A stretch of DNA of 32,680 nucleotides from Patescibacteria group bacterium (GCA_038065195.1 JBBTRL010000042.1:17735-50414); one strand, 5' to 3'; positions 8,437 through 17,740 are shown, numbered from the stretch's first letter. Notes: generated by a model from the sequence alone, not told the origin. Program-made: numbers and translations.

Positions 8437-10098
8437 ATGAATAAAATTTTTAAAAGCGCGGTTATTTTATCAATTATCGCTATTTTTACATTTTACGCCG
8501 ATATAAGTTTAGCTCAAACACAAGGCAATAATGACAATATTTCTAACAATGCAACGACAACCGAACCAAACGAAATTCCTGAAGAAATTCAAGTAATCAT
8601 AAATGAAGATGAAAATATTACGGCTAATGATTTGGAAATTAAAGAACCGACTCTACTGCCCGGAAATCCTTTTTATTTTTTAAAAAACATTGGCAGGACA
8701 TTAAAATCATCAGTCACTTTCAGCCCAATAAAAAAAGCGGAATTAAAATTGCGTTTTACTAACGAAAGATTGATGGAAATCCAAAAAATCGCCGAATCAA
8801 ACAATGATCCGAAATTATTGGAAAAAGCGCTTGATAAATATGGACAAGAATTGAAAAAAATTAAAGAAACAACGGAAAAAATAGGTGAAAAAAATAGTGA
8901 AAAAAATGAAACATTCCTAAATAAATTTATTGATAATCAAATTAAACATCAAAAATTGCTGGAAAAAATAGGAGAAAAAGTTCCGAAAGAAGTTTTTGAA
9001 AAAATACAAGAAAACCAACAGATCGCCATTCAAACACTGTCGGATGTTCCGCTTATGTTCATCAGCGCGGATCGTTTTCAAGAAAAAATAGAAGAAAGAA
9101 TGGAAAATCAAAGCGGCAGCGATTTTAAAAATTTCAGAAATCTGGAAATTTTAAAAGAGCTGGAAGGTAAAGTTCCCGATGCCGCCAAAAACGCGATCAA
9201 ACGCGCGCAGGAAAATACCTTTAAACGACTTAATGAAAAAATAGAAGAAAAAGAAAATACGGCTGAAAATTTCACTCTTTACATCAAGCATATTGGCGGA
9301 GATACGGAAAAACATATGGATACAATCAATAATCTTGAAACAATAAATGATCTTCGAGACAAAAATGCTTCTATGGTAGTAAAAAACGCATTGGAAAAAG
9401 CTAGAGAAATAAATATTGGAAGAATTAAAAATAAAATTGAACGAATGGAAATGGATGAAAAAACAGAAGAAACAACCAAAAATACCGACGACGAAAAATA
9501 CGAAAAAACAGCAACATTTCAACAATCAAGCAAAGAACAAATTGAAAAAGCCGCGTTAATGATAGAAAAAGCGAAGGTAAATTTTGAATCGGCAAAAAAT
9601 AATTCCGCCCTTAGTGATAAATTGAATTCCGCCTCAATACTTATAAAAAATGCTCAAATCCATCTGGAAAAAGCGCGAATGGCATATGTAAAAGAATCAT
9701 TCGGCGAAGCGTTTGGTCAATCCAACGCTGCAATGCACAATGCAAATAATGCCATCGGAATAATCGCAAAATTGGAGATAAACAAAAATTCCGAAGACGA
9801 AAAAGATAATGACAGTAAAAACGAAGATGAGGACGAAAATATTGAAGACGAAACCAACAATAACGATACGACAAAAAATGATGATCCGACGACAATAATT
9901 GACAAGGAACAACTATGCGCTCAAGTAATAACTCCGGCAAAAAATCAAAAAACCGGCGAATGCCGTGAATTCCCGACCGCCTGTATACCGCATGAATGGT
10001 ATAAAGTGCGCGCTTGTGAAAAAAATCAAACAGATCCCAATTATCCTATTCGCCCTGTGGATAAAAATTCCAACACGAACAACATTCCTGTAGAATAA
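8437..10098 (+). CDS. Secreted coiled-coil protein with DUF5667-like domain and C-terminal Cys motif
   Basis: Signal peptide; LLPGNPFYFLK...KKAELKLRFTNERLMEI; acidic low-complexity linker; CAQVITPAKNQKTGECREFPTAC. Confidence 0.75.
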   Translation: MNKIFKSAVILSIIAIFTFYADISLAQTQGNNDNISNNATTTEPNEIPEEIQVIINEDENITANDLEIKEPTLLPGNPFYFLKNIGRTLKSSVTFSPIKKAELKLRFTNERLMEIQKIAESNNDPKLLEKALDKYGQELKKIKETTEKIGEKNSEKNETFLNKFIDNQIKHQKLLEKIGEKVPKEVFEKIQENQQIAIQTLSDVPLMFISADRFQEKIEERMENQSGSDFKNFRNLEILKELEGKVPDAAKNAIKRAQENTFKRLNEKIEEKENTAENFTLYIKHIGGDTEKHMDTINNLETINDLRDKNASMVVKNALEKAREINIGRIKNKIERMEMDEKTEETTKNTDDEKYEKTATFQQSSKEQIEKAALMIEKAKVNFESAKNNSALSDKLNSASILIKNAQIHLEKARMAYVKESFGEAFGQSNAAMHNANNAIGIIAKLEINKNSEDEKDNDSKNEDEDENIEDETNNNDTTKNDDPTTIIDKEQLCAQVITPAKNQKTGECREFPTACIPHEWYKVRACEKNQTDPNYPIRPVDKNSNTNNIPVE

Positions 10099-10113
10099 AA
10101 TTACCAACCCAAA

Positions 10114-10140
10114 GCCATACCTACCGGCAGGCTCGGGCGG
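10114..10140 (+). repeat. Intergenic family-D palindrome remnant
   Basis: GCCATACCTACCGGCAGGCTCGGGCGG, similar to the dnaE in-frame insert. Confidence 0.55.
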
Positions 10141-10163
10141 AAGAAATAAAGTAATTACTACAA

Positions 10164-10193
10164 GCAAAAACAAGGTGTCCGCCTTGTTTTTGC
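10164..10193. terminator. Terminator-like hairpin
   Basis: GCAAAAACAAGG-TGTCCG-CCTTGTTTTTGC, 12-bp stem. Confidence 0.7.
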
Positions 10194-10224
10194 AATAATT
10201 TCCAGTTAAAATTTTATCTATAAA

Positions 10225-10319
10225 CCCCGTTAGATATCTTCCGTCGTTTTATACACAAAATATCCTAACAGGAAATAATCAAGCAAATATGCGAAAATCA
10301 TCAAAAATATCTAACGGGG
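10225..10319 (+). mobile_element. Family A start-codon element, copy 2, at the miaB start
   Basis: 13-bp TIR CCCCGTTAGATAT/ATATCTAACGGGG; flanks ATAAA|...|TGAA; GTG rebuilt at 10319. Confidence 0.9.
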
Positions 10320-11683
10320 TGAAATATCATATCACAACATTCGGCTGTCAAACAAATCAGTCCGATTCGGAAAGAATCGCAGCTATTTTAAATAAAATTG
10401 GTTTTAAACCAGCGCTTTCTCAAGATGACGCCGATTTCATAATCGCCAACGCTTGTTCCGTTCGGCAATCGGCGATTGATAGAATCCACGGCATCGCTCA
10501 TAAAATCCAAAAAAAGAAAAAAAGAGGCGAAAAAACATCAATCACCATTCTCACTGGTTGCGTTTTAGAACAAGACAGAAAAAAACTAGTTCAAAAATTT
10601 GATGCCATAATTGACATCCGAGAAATTGAAAAATTACCGCAAATAATAAAAAAATTGAGAAAAAATAAAAGCATAATCGCCGGCAGAGCAAAACATTCCG
10701 ATATACAACGATGGAAAACTGCCGAAAAATCTACCGATTATTTTAAGATTACTCCGTCTTACGAATCTTCTTTTTCCGCTTTTGTGCCAATAATGACCGG
10801 CTGTAATAATTTTTGCACTTATTGCGCCGTTCCCTATACGCGGGGAAAGGAAGTCTCTCGACCGACAATTAACATAATAAAAGAAGTGAAAAAATTAGTA
10901 AAAAACGGCTATAAGGAAATAACTTTATTGGGGCAAAATGTAAACTCTTACATTGATAACAACGAAAAAAATCCTAAAAATTTCGCCTGTCTGCTTAAAA
11001 TAGTTAATGAAATTCCGGGCGATTTTTGGATACGATTCCATTCTTCCCATCCGAAAGATTTTACGAACGAACTTATTGACACCATCGCTTCTTGCGAAAA
11101 AGTAACAAAATATATCAGCTTACCGGTTCAGGCCGGAAACGATAAAGTGCTTAAAAAAATGAACCGTCCGTATACTATTTTTCAATATAAAAAATTAGTA
11201 AAAAAAATACGGGAAAAAATTCCCAACGCGTCAATATCAACCGATTTTATCGTTGGATTTCCAAGCGAAACAAAAAAACAATTTCAGGACTCCATAAAAT
11301 TATTCAAAAATTTAAAATTTGATATGGCTTATATCGCGCAGTATTCTTCACGTTCAGGCACAACGGCAGAAAAGATTTTTAAAGATAATGTATCGCCCAA
11401 AGAGAAAGAACGGCGCGACCGCGAGCTTACAGCCGTTTTACGAAAAACATCGCTGAATATAAATAAAAAACTTGTCGGAACAACCCAACAAGTTTTAATT
11501 GAAAAAGAAATAAAACGGCAAAATGGCCATTGGCTAATCGGCAAAACGTGCGGATTTAAAACGGTAAAAATACCGCTTGCTTCCGATTCCGATAAAAAAC
11601 TAATCGGCAATTTTGCCGATGTCAAAATAATAAAAGCACTGGATATGGGACTTATCGGTAAAATCAACCAATTATTTCTTTAA
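10289..11683 (+). CDS. miaB: tRNA-i6A37 methylthiotransferase MiaB (start ATG 10289 or GTG 10319)
   Basis: TFGCQxNxxDSE, NACSVRQSA, radical SAM CNNFCTYC, TDFIVGFP, C-terminal TRAM domain. Confidence 0.9.
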   Translation: MRKSSKISNGVKYHITTFGCQTNQSDSERIAAILNKIGFKPALSQDDADFIIANACSVRQSAIDRIHGIAHKIQKKKKRGEKTSITILTGCVLEQDRKKLVQKFDAIIDIREIEKLPQIIKKLRKNKSIIAGRAKHSDIQRWKTAEKSTDYFKITPSYESSFSAFVPIMTGCNNFCTYCAVPYTRGKEVSRPTINIIKEVKKLVKNGYKEITLLGQNVNSYIDNNEKNPKNFACLLKIVNEIPGDFWIRFHSSHPKDFTNELIDTIASCEKVTKYISLPVQAGNDKVLKKMNRPYTIFQYKKLVKKIREKIPNASISTDFIVGFPSETKKQFQDSIKLFKNLKFDMAYIAQYSSRSGTTAEKIFKDNVSPKEKERRDRELTAVLRKTSLNINKKLVGTTQQVLIEKEIKRQNGHWLIGKTCGFKTVKIPLASDSDKKLIGNFADVKIIKALDMGLIGKINQLFL

Positions 11684-13169
11684 GTAAATCTGCCGCTATT
11701 TGCGGATTCGCCTTGCCTTTTGTTTCTCGCATAACTTGACCAATTAAAAACTGCAATGATGCCCCTTGTTTTTTTTTATAATCCTCTACGGCCTTGAAAT
11801 TATTTTTAATAACGGTTTTTACAATCTCCGTTAACGCTTCAATATCGCTTTCTTGCCCCATTCCCCTTTCTTCAATAATTTGCGACGGGTCATTGCCGGT
11901 TTTTACCATTTCGCGCAAAACCTCCTGCGCTCCGGACGACGAAATATCGCCTTTATGCGTTAAAATTATCAATTCCGCAAAATTTTCCGGACTGATTTTT
12001 ATTTCGCCATAATCCTCTATTCCGAATTCTCGCGCTAATTTCTGCAATTCCGTAATCAAATAATTCGCGGAAAGTTTTATAAGCCGCGCCGTATGTTCGC
12101 TTAAATTTTCTATTCTTACTTTATGCGCGTTTTTATCCCACGCCTGAATTTCCGAAATTACCTGCTCAAAATAATCACCCAATTCTTTATTAACAACGAA
12201 TATCTCAATATTTTCTTCCGGCAAACCATATTCTAACGCAAATCTTTTCCGTCTTTTTTGCGGCAATTCCGGTAAATTTGAGATTCGAGATTTGTCAGCC
12301 CGAGGCTGATCCGCCTTGGGCGGAAGATTTGAAATTTTCGATAATGGAATATCCGGTTCCGGAAAATACCGATAATCTTTCGCTGTTTCTTTTGCCCGCT
12401 GGGAAAATGTTTTTTGCTTATCCGCGTCCCAACCGCGCGTTTCCTGCGCAATTTTTTCGCCTTTTTCTAAAATTTCCGCCTGCCGTTCAATTTCGTAATC
12501 AATGGATTTTTCTACCGCCTTAAAAGAATTTAAGTTTTTAATTTCCGCTTTTGTTCCCAATTTCTTGTTTTTTGATAAAGAAATATTCACTTCGCACCTC
12601 ATTTGCCCTTTCTCCATATCAGCATCAGAAATTCCCAAATATCGAAAAATTAATTGAATTTCTTCGCAAAATTTTTTCGCTTCCGCGCCGGAAGAAATAT
12701 CCGGTTCGGTTACAAGCTCCATTAACGGCGCGCCAGCGCGATTAAAATCAACCAAACTATAATCTACGTTCTGCGGATGATAAAGCCGACCGGTATCTTC
12801 TTCTATGTGTATTTCCTTGATGCGAATTTTTTTACCGCCTATTTCAAAAAATCCGTTTTGGCACAACGGTTTCCAAAATTGTGAAATCTGGTATCCTTTT
12901 GGCAAATCGGGATAAAAATAATTTTTTCTGTCAAACTGAATAATTTCCGCCATTTCGCAGTTCAAAGATTTTCCGGTCAAAATAACCGATTCAACGGCTT
13001 TTTTATTCGGAACAGGTAATGTGCCCGGATGCCCCATACAAATAGGACAAACATTAATATTGGGATGCTTTTCGTCGGAATCATTCAAACACGCGCAAAA
13101 CATCTTGGTTTTTGTTTTTAATTCCGCATGTATTTCCAAACCGATTGTTGACTTAAATTTATTTAACAT
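11664..13169 (-). CDS. gatB: Asp-tRNA(Asn)/Glu-tRNA(Gln) amidotransferase subunit B
   Basis: IGLEIHAEL, CPICMGHPGTLP, FDRKNYFYPDLPKGYQISQ, DYRYFPEPD; likely start ATG 13169. Confidence 0.98.
   Translation of the reverse strand: MLNKFKSTIGLEIHAELKTKTKMFCACLNDSDEKHPNINVCPICMGHPGTLPVPNKKAVESVILTGKSLNCEMAEIIQFDRKNYFYPDLPKGYQISQFWKPLCQNGFFEIGGKKIRIKEIHIEEDTGRLYHPQNVDYSLVDFNRAGAPLMELVTEPDISSGAEAKKFCEEIQLIFRYLGISDADMEKGQMRCEVNISLSKNKKLGTKAEIKNLNSFKAVEKSIDYEIERQAEILEKGEKIAQETRGWDADKQKTFSQRAKETAKDYRYFPEPDIPLSKISNLPPKADQPRADKSRISNLPELPQKRRKRFALEYGLPEENIEIFVVNKELGDYFEQVISEIQAWDKNAHKVRIENLSEHTARLIKLSANYLITELQKLAREFGIEDYGEIKISPENFAELIILTHKGDISSSGAQEVLREMVKTGNDPSQIIEERGMGQESDIEALTEIVKTVIKNNFKAVEDYKKKQGASLQFLIGQVMRETKGKANPQIAADLLKEIIG
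12295..12324 (-). repeat. 30-bp double-hairpin element (family B), in frame in gatB (PPKADQPRAD)
   Basis: TCCGCC-CAA-GGCGGA TCAGCC-TCG-GGCTGA, two perfect 6-bp stems, nested in degenerate AAATCTC-like heptamers. Confidence 0.9.
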
Positions 13170-13180
13170 ATTTGGTATAT

Positions 13181-13744
13181 TTAAAACAATACGGAACTGC
13201 AAGTATCAAGCTCGCGGTTTACCAATTTATCCGCTTGTTTATTCCCATCGCGTAAAATATGACGAAAAACAATCAGCGAAAAATCAATTTTTAAATTCCA
13301 GAGTTGCAAAAACAAACTCTGGATTTTTTTATCCAAAACTTTGTATTTTCCGGTAATCTGCTTGAATAAAAGTTCGGAATCAACTAAAACTTCCACTTCC
13401 CTATTCTTAACGCCGACTTTCCCCAAAAGCGCTTTTGTCTTTTTTAAAGCGAAAATCACGGCTTCATACTCCGCTTCATTGTTGGTCTTTTCACCCAAAT
13501 ACTGCGAATATTCTTTAATATTTCCATTATATTCAATTACAACTCCCGAAGCCGACGGTCCGGGATTTCCACGCGATCCGCCGTCGCAATGGATAATCAC
13601 TCTATTCACCCCGTTAGAAGTCTGTTTTACCCGATTATTATGATTTACTTCAGACATAATTCGTTTTTTTTGTACATTCCCCGTTAATCTAATGCGGAAA
13701 AAATTGTTAAATTTTTTCCGCCAAGGACTTCTAACGGGGCTCAT
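13181..13744 (-). CDS. rnhA: Ribonuclease HI (core begins at GTG 13609; the upstream 45 codons are element-derived)
   Basis: CDGGSRGNPGPSASG, TNNEAEYEA, DSELL, NKQADKLVN. Confidence 0.92.
   Translation of the reverse strand: MSPVRSPWRKKFNNFFRIRLTGNVQKKRIMSEVNHNNRVKQTSNGVNRVIIHCDGGSRGNPGPSASGVVIEYNGNIKEYSQYLGEKTNNEAEYEAVIFALKKTKALLGKVGVKNREVEVLVDSELLFKQITGKYKVLDKKIQSLFLQLWNLKIDFSLIVFRHILRDGNKQADKLVNRELDTCSSVLF
13609..13739. mobile_element. Family A start-codon element, copy 3, at the rnhA start (in frame; appears inverted relative to copies 1 and 4)
   Basis: 14-bp TIR CCCCGTTAGAAGTC/GACTTCTAACGGGG; gene-strand flanks ATGAG|...|TGAA; internal hairpin GCGGAAAAAATT-GTTA-AATTTTTTCCGC. Confidence 0.9.
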
Positions 13745-15483
13745 ATTATGCTATTTTTTAAATCAATAATTTTAAATTCTAAATTTCTTCTTCCATTCCA
13801 CTCATTAAGTATTAAATTAAAAACAATATCAATCTTATCTCCCACTTTTATTTTATCATACCATTCGCCCAACCCAAAGCCAATGCAATTAAATTCCTTG
13901 CCGCCGCAATCAATTATTGTTTTTAAATGTCCTGCGCCGTTCTTTCCAACCACTCGCAAGTCTTTTACAACACATTCTCGCAATAAAAAAGTCGGCTCTT
14001 CATTGCTTGGTCCGAAAGGCCGGAAATCTTCCGTAATTTCGTATAAATCCCACCAACTTAAAATTTGAGATTCAATATTTAATTCCATATCTATATCTAT
14101 TTCCGGCATCAAATCCTTGTTTTTAATTTCACTATTGGCTATTTCTATAATGCGCTTTTTAAAAACCGCGATATTTTCATTTTTAATATGAAATCCCGCC
14201 GCCATTGCATGACCGCCGCATTCGTCAAGTAAATCACCGACCCTTCTTAACGCTTCCACTATGTTAAATGATTTAATTGTGCGCGCCGAACCGTCCGAAT
14301 TAATTTCGCCTTGATGAAAAATTAAAGCCGGTCTGCGATATTTTTCCGCTAATTTTCCGGCAATTAAACCAACGATACCCACCGACCAATCAGGTGAACC
14401 ATCAATAATAATTTTATCTTTCGGATCATCTCCTATCTTTGCGCAAACTTCTTTAAAAATTTTATCGCACAAATTCTGCCTATCTTTATTTATCGCATCT
14501 AATTTATTCAATATTCGCCCGATTTCATTTTCATCAGACGAATTCAAAAGTTCAAAAGATGTATTAGCATGCTCCATTCGTCCCGCCGCGTTGAGCCGCG
14601 GACCAATCATAAAACCCAAATCCCGCGCATTAAGTCCAAAAATATCAAATTTTCTGCGTTCGGATTTTTTAACTTTTGCGCTATCTTTACCGATTAATTT
14701 TAAAAGCGCTTTCAATCCCTTGCGTTTTGTTTTCGTAAGAACAACAAGACCGTATTTAACTAATGTCCTATTCTCACCAAGCAAAATCATTCTATCAGTT
14801 ATGGTTGATATTGCCACTAAATCTAAAAACCATTTTTCCCTTTCATTATTTATACCATTTGCGTCAAACAACGCTTTGACGAATTTAAAAACAACCCCCG
14901 CCGCCGACAATTCCTTAAAAGGATAACAATCACCTTTTCGACGAGGATTTATTATCGCGACCGCCTTTGGCAATTTTGGAGGAATTGTATGATGATCAAT
15001 AATTATAACATCCATACCCAAAGAATTCGCCAACTCCACTTCTTTATAATCACTTACGCCACAATCAACAGTCATAATAAGATCGGTTTTTTGTTTTGAC
15101 AAAAAACGCACACTTTCAAAATTCAAACCATAACCCTCTTTATTTCTATCAGGTATATAAATTCCCGGTTCCGCGCCAACTGCCTTCAAGGCGTCCATTA
15201 ATATTGTGGCGCTGCAAATTCCATCCGCGTCATAATCGCCGTAAACAGTTATTTTCTTTTTTTTGATTATCGCCGTTTTCACTCTTTTTATCGCTTTACC
15301 CATATCCTTTAATAATTTAGGATTATGCAAATCCTTATCGTAATCCGGTCCCAAAAATTCATCAATCTCTTTTTGTGTTTTAATGTCGCGATTAAAAAGA
15401 AGCTGTAATGTCACGGCATTCATTTCCGGAAATTTATTAAAAAAAACTTTCGGAACCTTAGATTTTAAAATCCAATTATTCAT
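13741..15483 (-). CDS. recJ: Single-stranded-DNA-specific exonuclease RecJ
   Basis: YGDYDADG, TVDCG, IIDHH, GPRLNAAGR, GGHAMAAG, PFGPSN. Confidence 0.97.
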   Translation of the reverse strand: MNNWILKSKVPKVFFNKFPEMNAVTLQLLFNRDIKTQKEIDEFLGPDYDKDLHNPKLLKDMGKAIKRVKTAIIKKKKITVYGDYDADGICSATILMDALKAVGAEPGIYIPDRNKEGYGLNFESVRFLSKQKTDLIMTVDCGVSDYKEVELANSLGMDVIIIDHHTIPPKLPKAVAIINPRRKGDCYPFKELSAAGVVFKFVKALFDANGINNEREKWFLDLVAISTITDRMILLGENRTLVKYGLVVLTKTKRKGLKALLKLIGKDSAKVKKSERRKFDIFGLNARDLGFMIGPRLNAAGRMEHANTSFELLNSSDENEIGRILNKLDAINKDRQNLCDKIFKEVCAKIGDDPKDKIIIDGSPDWSVGIVGLIAGKLAEKYRRPALIFHQGEINSDGSARTIKSFNIVEALRRVGDLLDECGGHAMAAGFHIKNENIAVFKKRIIEIANSEIKNKDLMPEIDIDMELNIESQILSWWDLYEITEDFRPFGPSNEEPTFLLRECVVKDLRVVGKNGAGHLKTIIDCGGKEFNCIGFGLGEWYDKIKVGDKIDIVFNLILNEWNGRRNLEFKIIDLKNSII

Positions 15484-15485
15484 AT

Positions 15486-16715
15486 TTATTTAAGCGCTTC
15501 AATCCCCGGTAATTTATTTTCCGCCAAATATTCCAGCATAGCGCCGCCACCCGTAGAAATATAAGAAAATTTATCCAAAATACCCATTTTACTGATCGCA
15601 GCAATGGTATCTCCGCCACCTACTATTGAATAAGCGCCCGATTTGCTTATGGCCCCGGCTATAGCTTTTGTTCCGTTTGAAAATATTTCCATATCGGCGC
15701 GTCCCATCGGACCATTCCAAATAATTGTTTTGGATTCTCTGATTAAGGAACAAAACAAATCCACGCTTCGCCCTCCTATATCTAAAATAATATCGTCCCT
15801 TGAAACACTGCCAATCTGCACGGCTGTCGCGCCACTGGCTCCGTCTAAATCTTTAGACACGACGACATCAACCGGAACCGTAAATTTTATATTCGCCACT
15901 TTCATTTTTTTAATCGCCGGAATAACTTCTGGACTGATTATTGAACGACCAACTTCTTCGCCTTTAACCGATAAAATGGTATTTGCCACAACGCCGCCCA
16001 GTATTATAAAATCCGCTTTCGGTAAGAAATTACCAATTACTCTAACTTTTGTTTCGGCTTTTAAACCGCCAATTATTACAGTTACCGGATGCGCGGGATT
16101 TTTAAGCGCTTTATCCAAAATATCAATTTCTTTTGCCAAAGATAAACCAACGAAAGAAGGTAAAAATTCAGTTATCGCCTCAACCGAAGCGTGCGCCCTA
16201 TGGCATACGCTAAAAGCATCATTCACAAAAATATCGGCAAATGACGCTAATTTTTCGGCAAATTTTTTATTATTATTTTCTTCTTCTTTATAAAAACGGA
16301 TATTCTCCAAAAGACAAATTTTATCGCAATTAATATTTTTTAATTCGCGTATATCGTCTTCGATGAAATTAATTTTTTCTCCGATAATATCTTCTAAATG
16401 ACCTATTAAAGGCTTTAAACTATAAGCTTTATGCCATTCACCATTAGGTCTGCCGAGATGCGAAACTAAAATAATTTTATTGCCATCTTTCAGAAGAAAT
16501 TTTATTGTTGGCAATGCTGATTTAACGCGATAATCTTCATCGCTCAAAACTTTGCCATCTGCCGTAGGCAGATTAAAATCAACCCGCAAAAGAACGGTTT
16601 TATTTTTAATTTTACTGTTTTTTAGTAATTTCACCCCGATAGAAGTCCTTGGTAAAAAATTTCCTTCCGAATTTTTTTGTTTGCCATTAAGTTGTTGAAA
16701 TGAATTCTTGAGCAT
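15486..16715 (-). CDS. pgk: Phosphoglycerate kinase (start ATG 16715 or GTG 16634)
   Basis: LRVDFNLP, SHLGRP, LLENIRF, NDAFSVCHRAHAS, WNGPMG, GGGDT, STGGGAMLE. Confidence 0.97.
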   Translation of the reverse strand: MLKNSFQQLNGKQKNSEGNFLPRTSIGVKLLKNSKIKNKTVLLRVDFNLPTADGKVLSDEDYRVKSALPTIKFLLKDGNKIILVSHLGRPNGEWHKAYSLKPLIGHLEDIIGEKINFIEDDIRELKNINCDKICLLENIRFYKEEENNNKKFAEKLASFADIFVNDAFSVCHRAHASVEAITEFLPSFVGLSLAKEIDILDKALKNPAHPVTVIIGGLKAETKVRVIGNFLPKADFIILGGVVANTILSVKGEEVGRSIISPEVIPAIKKMKVANIKFTVPVDVVVSKDLDGASGATAVQIGSVSRDDIILDIGGRSVDLFCSLIRESKTIIWNGPMGRADMEIFSNGTKAIAGAISKSGAYSIVGGGDTIAAISKMGILDKFSYISTGGGAMLEYLAENKLPGIEALK

Positions 16716-16763
16716 ATTGCTTTTAATAATAATTAAATTAAAATCATTGGACTTCTAGCGAAG
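16634..16763 (-). mobile_element. Family A start-codon element, copy 4 (degenerate TIR), at the pgk start
   Basis: CTTCGCTAGAAGTCC...GGACTTCTATCGGGG; 130 bp like copy 1 and alignable throughout; flanks ATAAA|...|TGAA. Confidence 0.88.
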
Positions 16764-16774
16764 TTTATATTTTA

Positions 16775-16783
16775 ATTTTACCA
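16775..16783 (-). promoter_or_regulatory. Extended -10 box for pgk
   Basis: TGGTAAAAT lies 6 nt before the inferred ancestral start position (ATA at 16768). Confidence 0.5.
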
Positions 16784-16805
16784 TATTTGCCTCTCCGCAA
16801 AAATA

Positions 16806-16834
16806 TTGACAAGCAATAAAAATAAAAGTATAAT
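16806..16834 (+). promoter_or_regulatory. Consensus sigma70 promoter
   Basis: TTGACA-N17-TATAAT; RBS AAGGAGGTG at 16867-16875. Confidence 0.85.
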
Positions 16835-16879
16835 GGCGTGATTCCTTGAAAACTTAATCAAACAAAAAGGAGGTGAAAA

Positions 16880-17740
16880 TTGACAGATTTACTGACAAAA
16901 ACGCTTATAAAAATTATATCGATAAAACTAATAAAAAAACTGGCTTGGAAAATAATTGCTCATAAATTTATTGCGGGCGAAGAGATGGAAGATGCGTTAT
17001 ATGAAGCCAATAATTTAAATAAAAAAGGCATTGCGGCGATAATAAATTATCTCGGTGAGAAAGTTAAAACTTCAGAAGAAGTTCGTAAAAACACAAATAT
17101 ATACACTCATCTTATAAGAGAAATCTCTTGCGCAAATTTAAACGCCAAAATCAGCGTTAAACCATCGCAATTGGGTTTAAAAATTAACGAAAATCTGTAT
17201 TTTGAAAATCTGTTTTCCATAGGCACATTATGTTGTCAATATAATGTGCGAATGGAAATAGATATGGAAGAATTTTCCGAAATTGAAAAAACAGTGCAAA
17301 ATTCCATACAACTCAAAAAAGCCCTGCCAAATTTGCATCTTCGTCAATGCCTGCAAATTGCGGCAAAACGAAGCGCTGAAGATATAAAAAAATTGACTGA
17401 TGTTGGTATTCATATACGGCTTTGCAAGGGCGCATATAAAATACCGCATTCTGAGGCATTATTGCCAAAATATTATACGCCATACAGAATAATAGCCTAT
17501 GCAAATTGTGCTTTCATGCCATTTATAGAAGTAGCAACGCATAATACGAAAATAATAAATGCCCTAAAAAACGATATTGGCATACAATTTTTACGAGGTT
17601 TTTGCGCGCAAGAAATCCCGATATTGCAATTATCCGGACATCCAGTGGCAGTTTATGTCCCGTTCGGACCGGAGTGGGTGCCATATGGAGTCCGAAGATT
17701 GTTTTATTTAATAAAAAATCGAGATAAAATTTTTGAGTGA
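16880..17740 (+). CDS. Monofunctional proline dehydrogenase family flavoprotein
   Basis: KFIAGE, ISVKPSQLGL, IDME, IRLCKGAY, VATH, VYVPFGPEWVPYxxRRL; TTG start with strong RBS. Confidence 0.88.
   Translation: MTDLLTKTLIKIISIKLIKKLAWKIIAHKFIAGEEMEDALYEANNLNKKGIAAIINYLGEKVKTSEEVRKNTNIYTHLIREISCANLNAKISVKPSQLGLKINENLYFENLFSIGTLCCQYNVRMEIDMEEFSEIEKTVQNSIQLKKALPNLHLRQCLQIAAKRSAEDIKKLTDVGIHIRLCKGAYKIPHSEALLPKYYTPYRIIAYANCAFMPFIEVATHNTKIINALKNDIGIQFLRGFCAQEIPILQLSGHPVAVYVPFGPEWVPYGVRRLFYLIKNRDKIFE

Noticed and set aside
13741-17740. Alternative genetic code 25 (TGA=Gly)
   Set aside because: TGA ends recJ, the ORF before thrS and the proline dehydrogenase at sensible positions, and the genes are intact under code 11.
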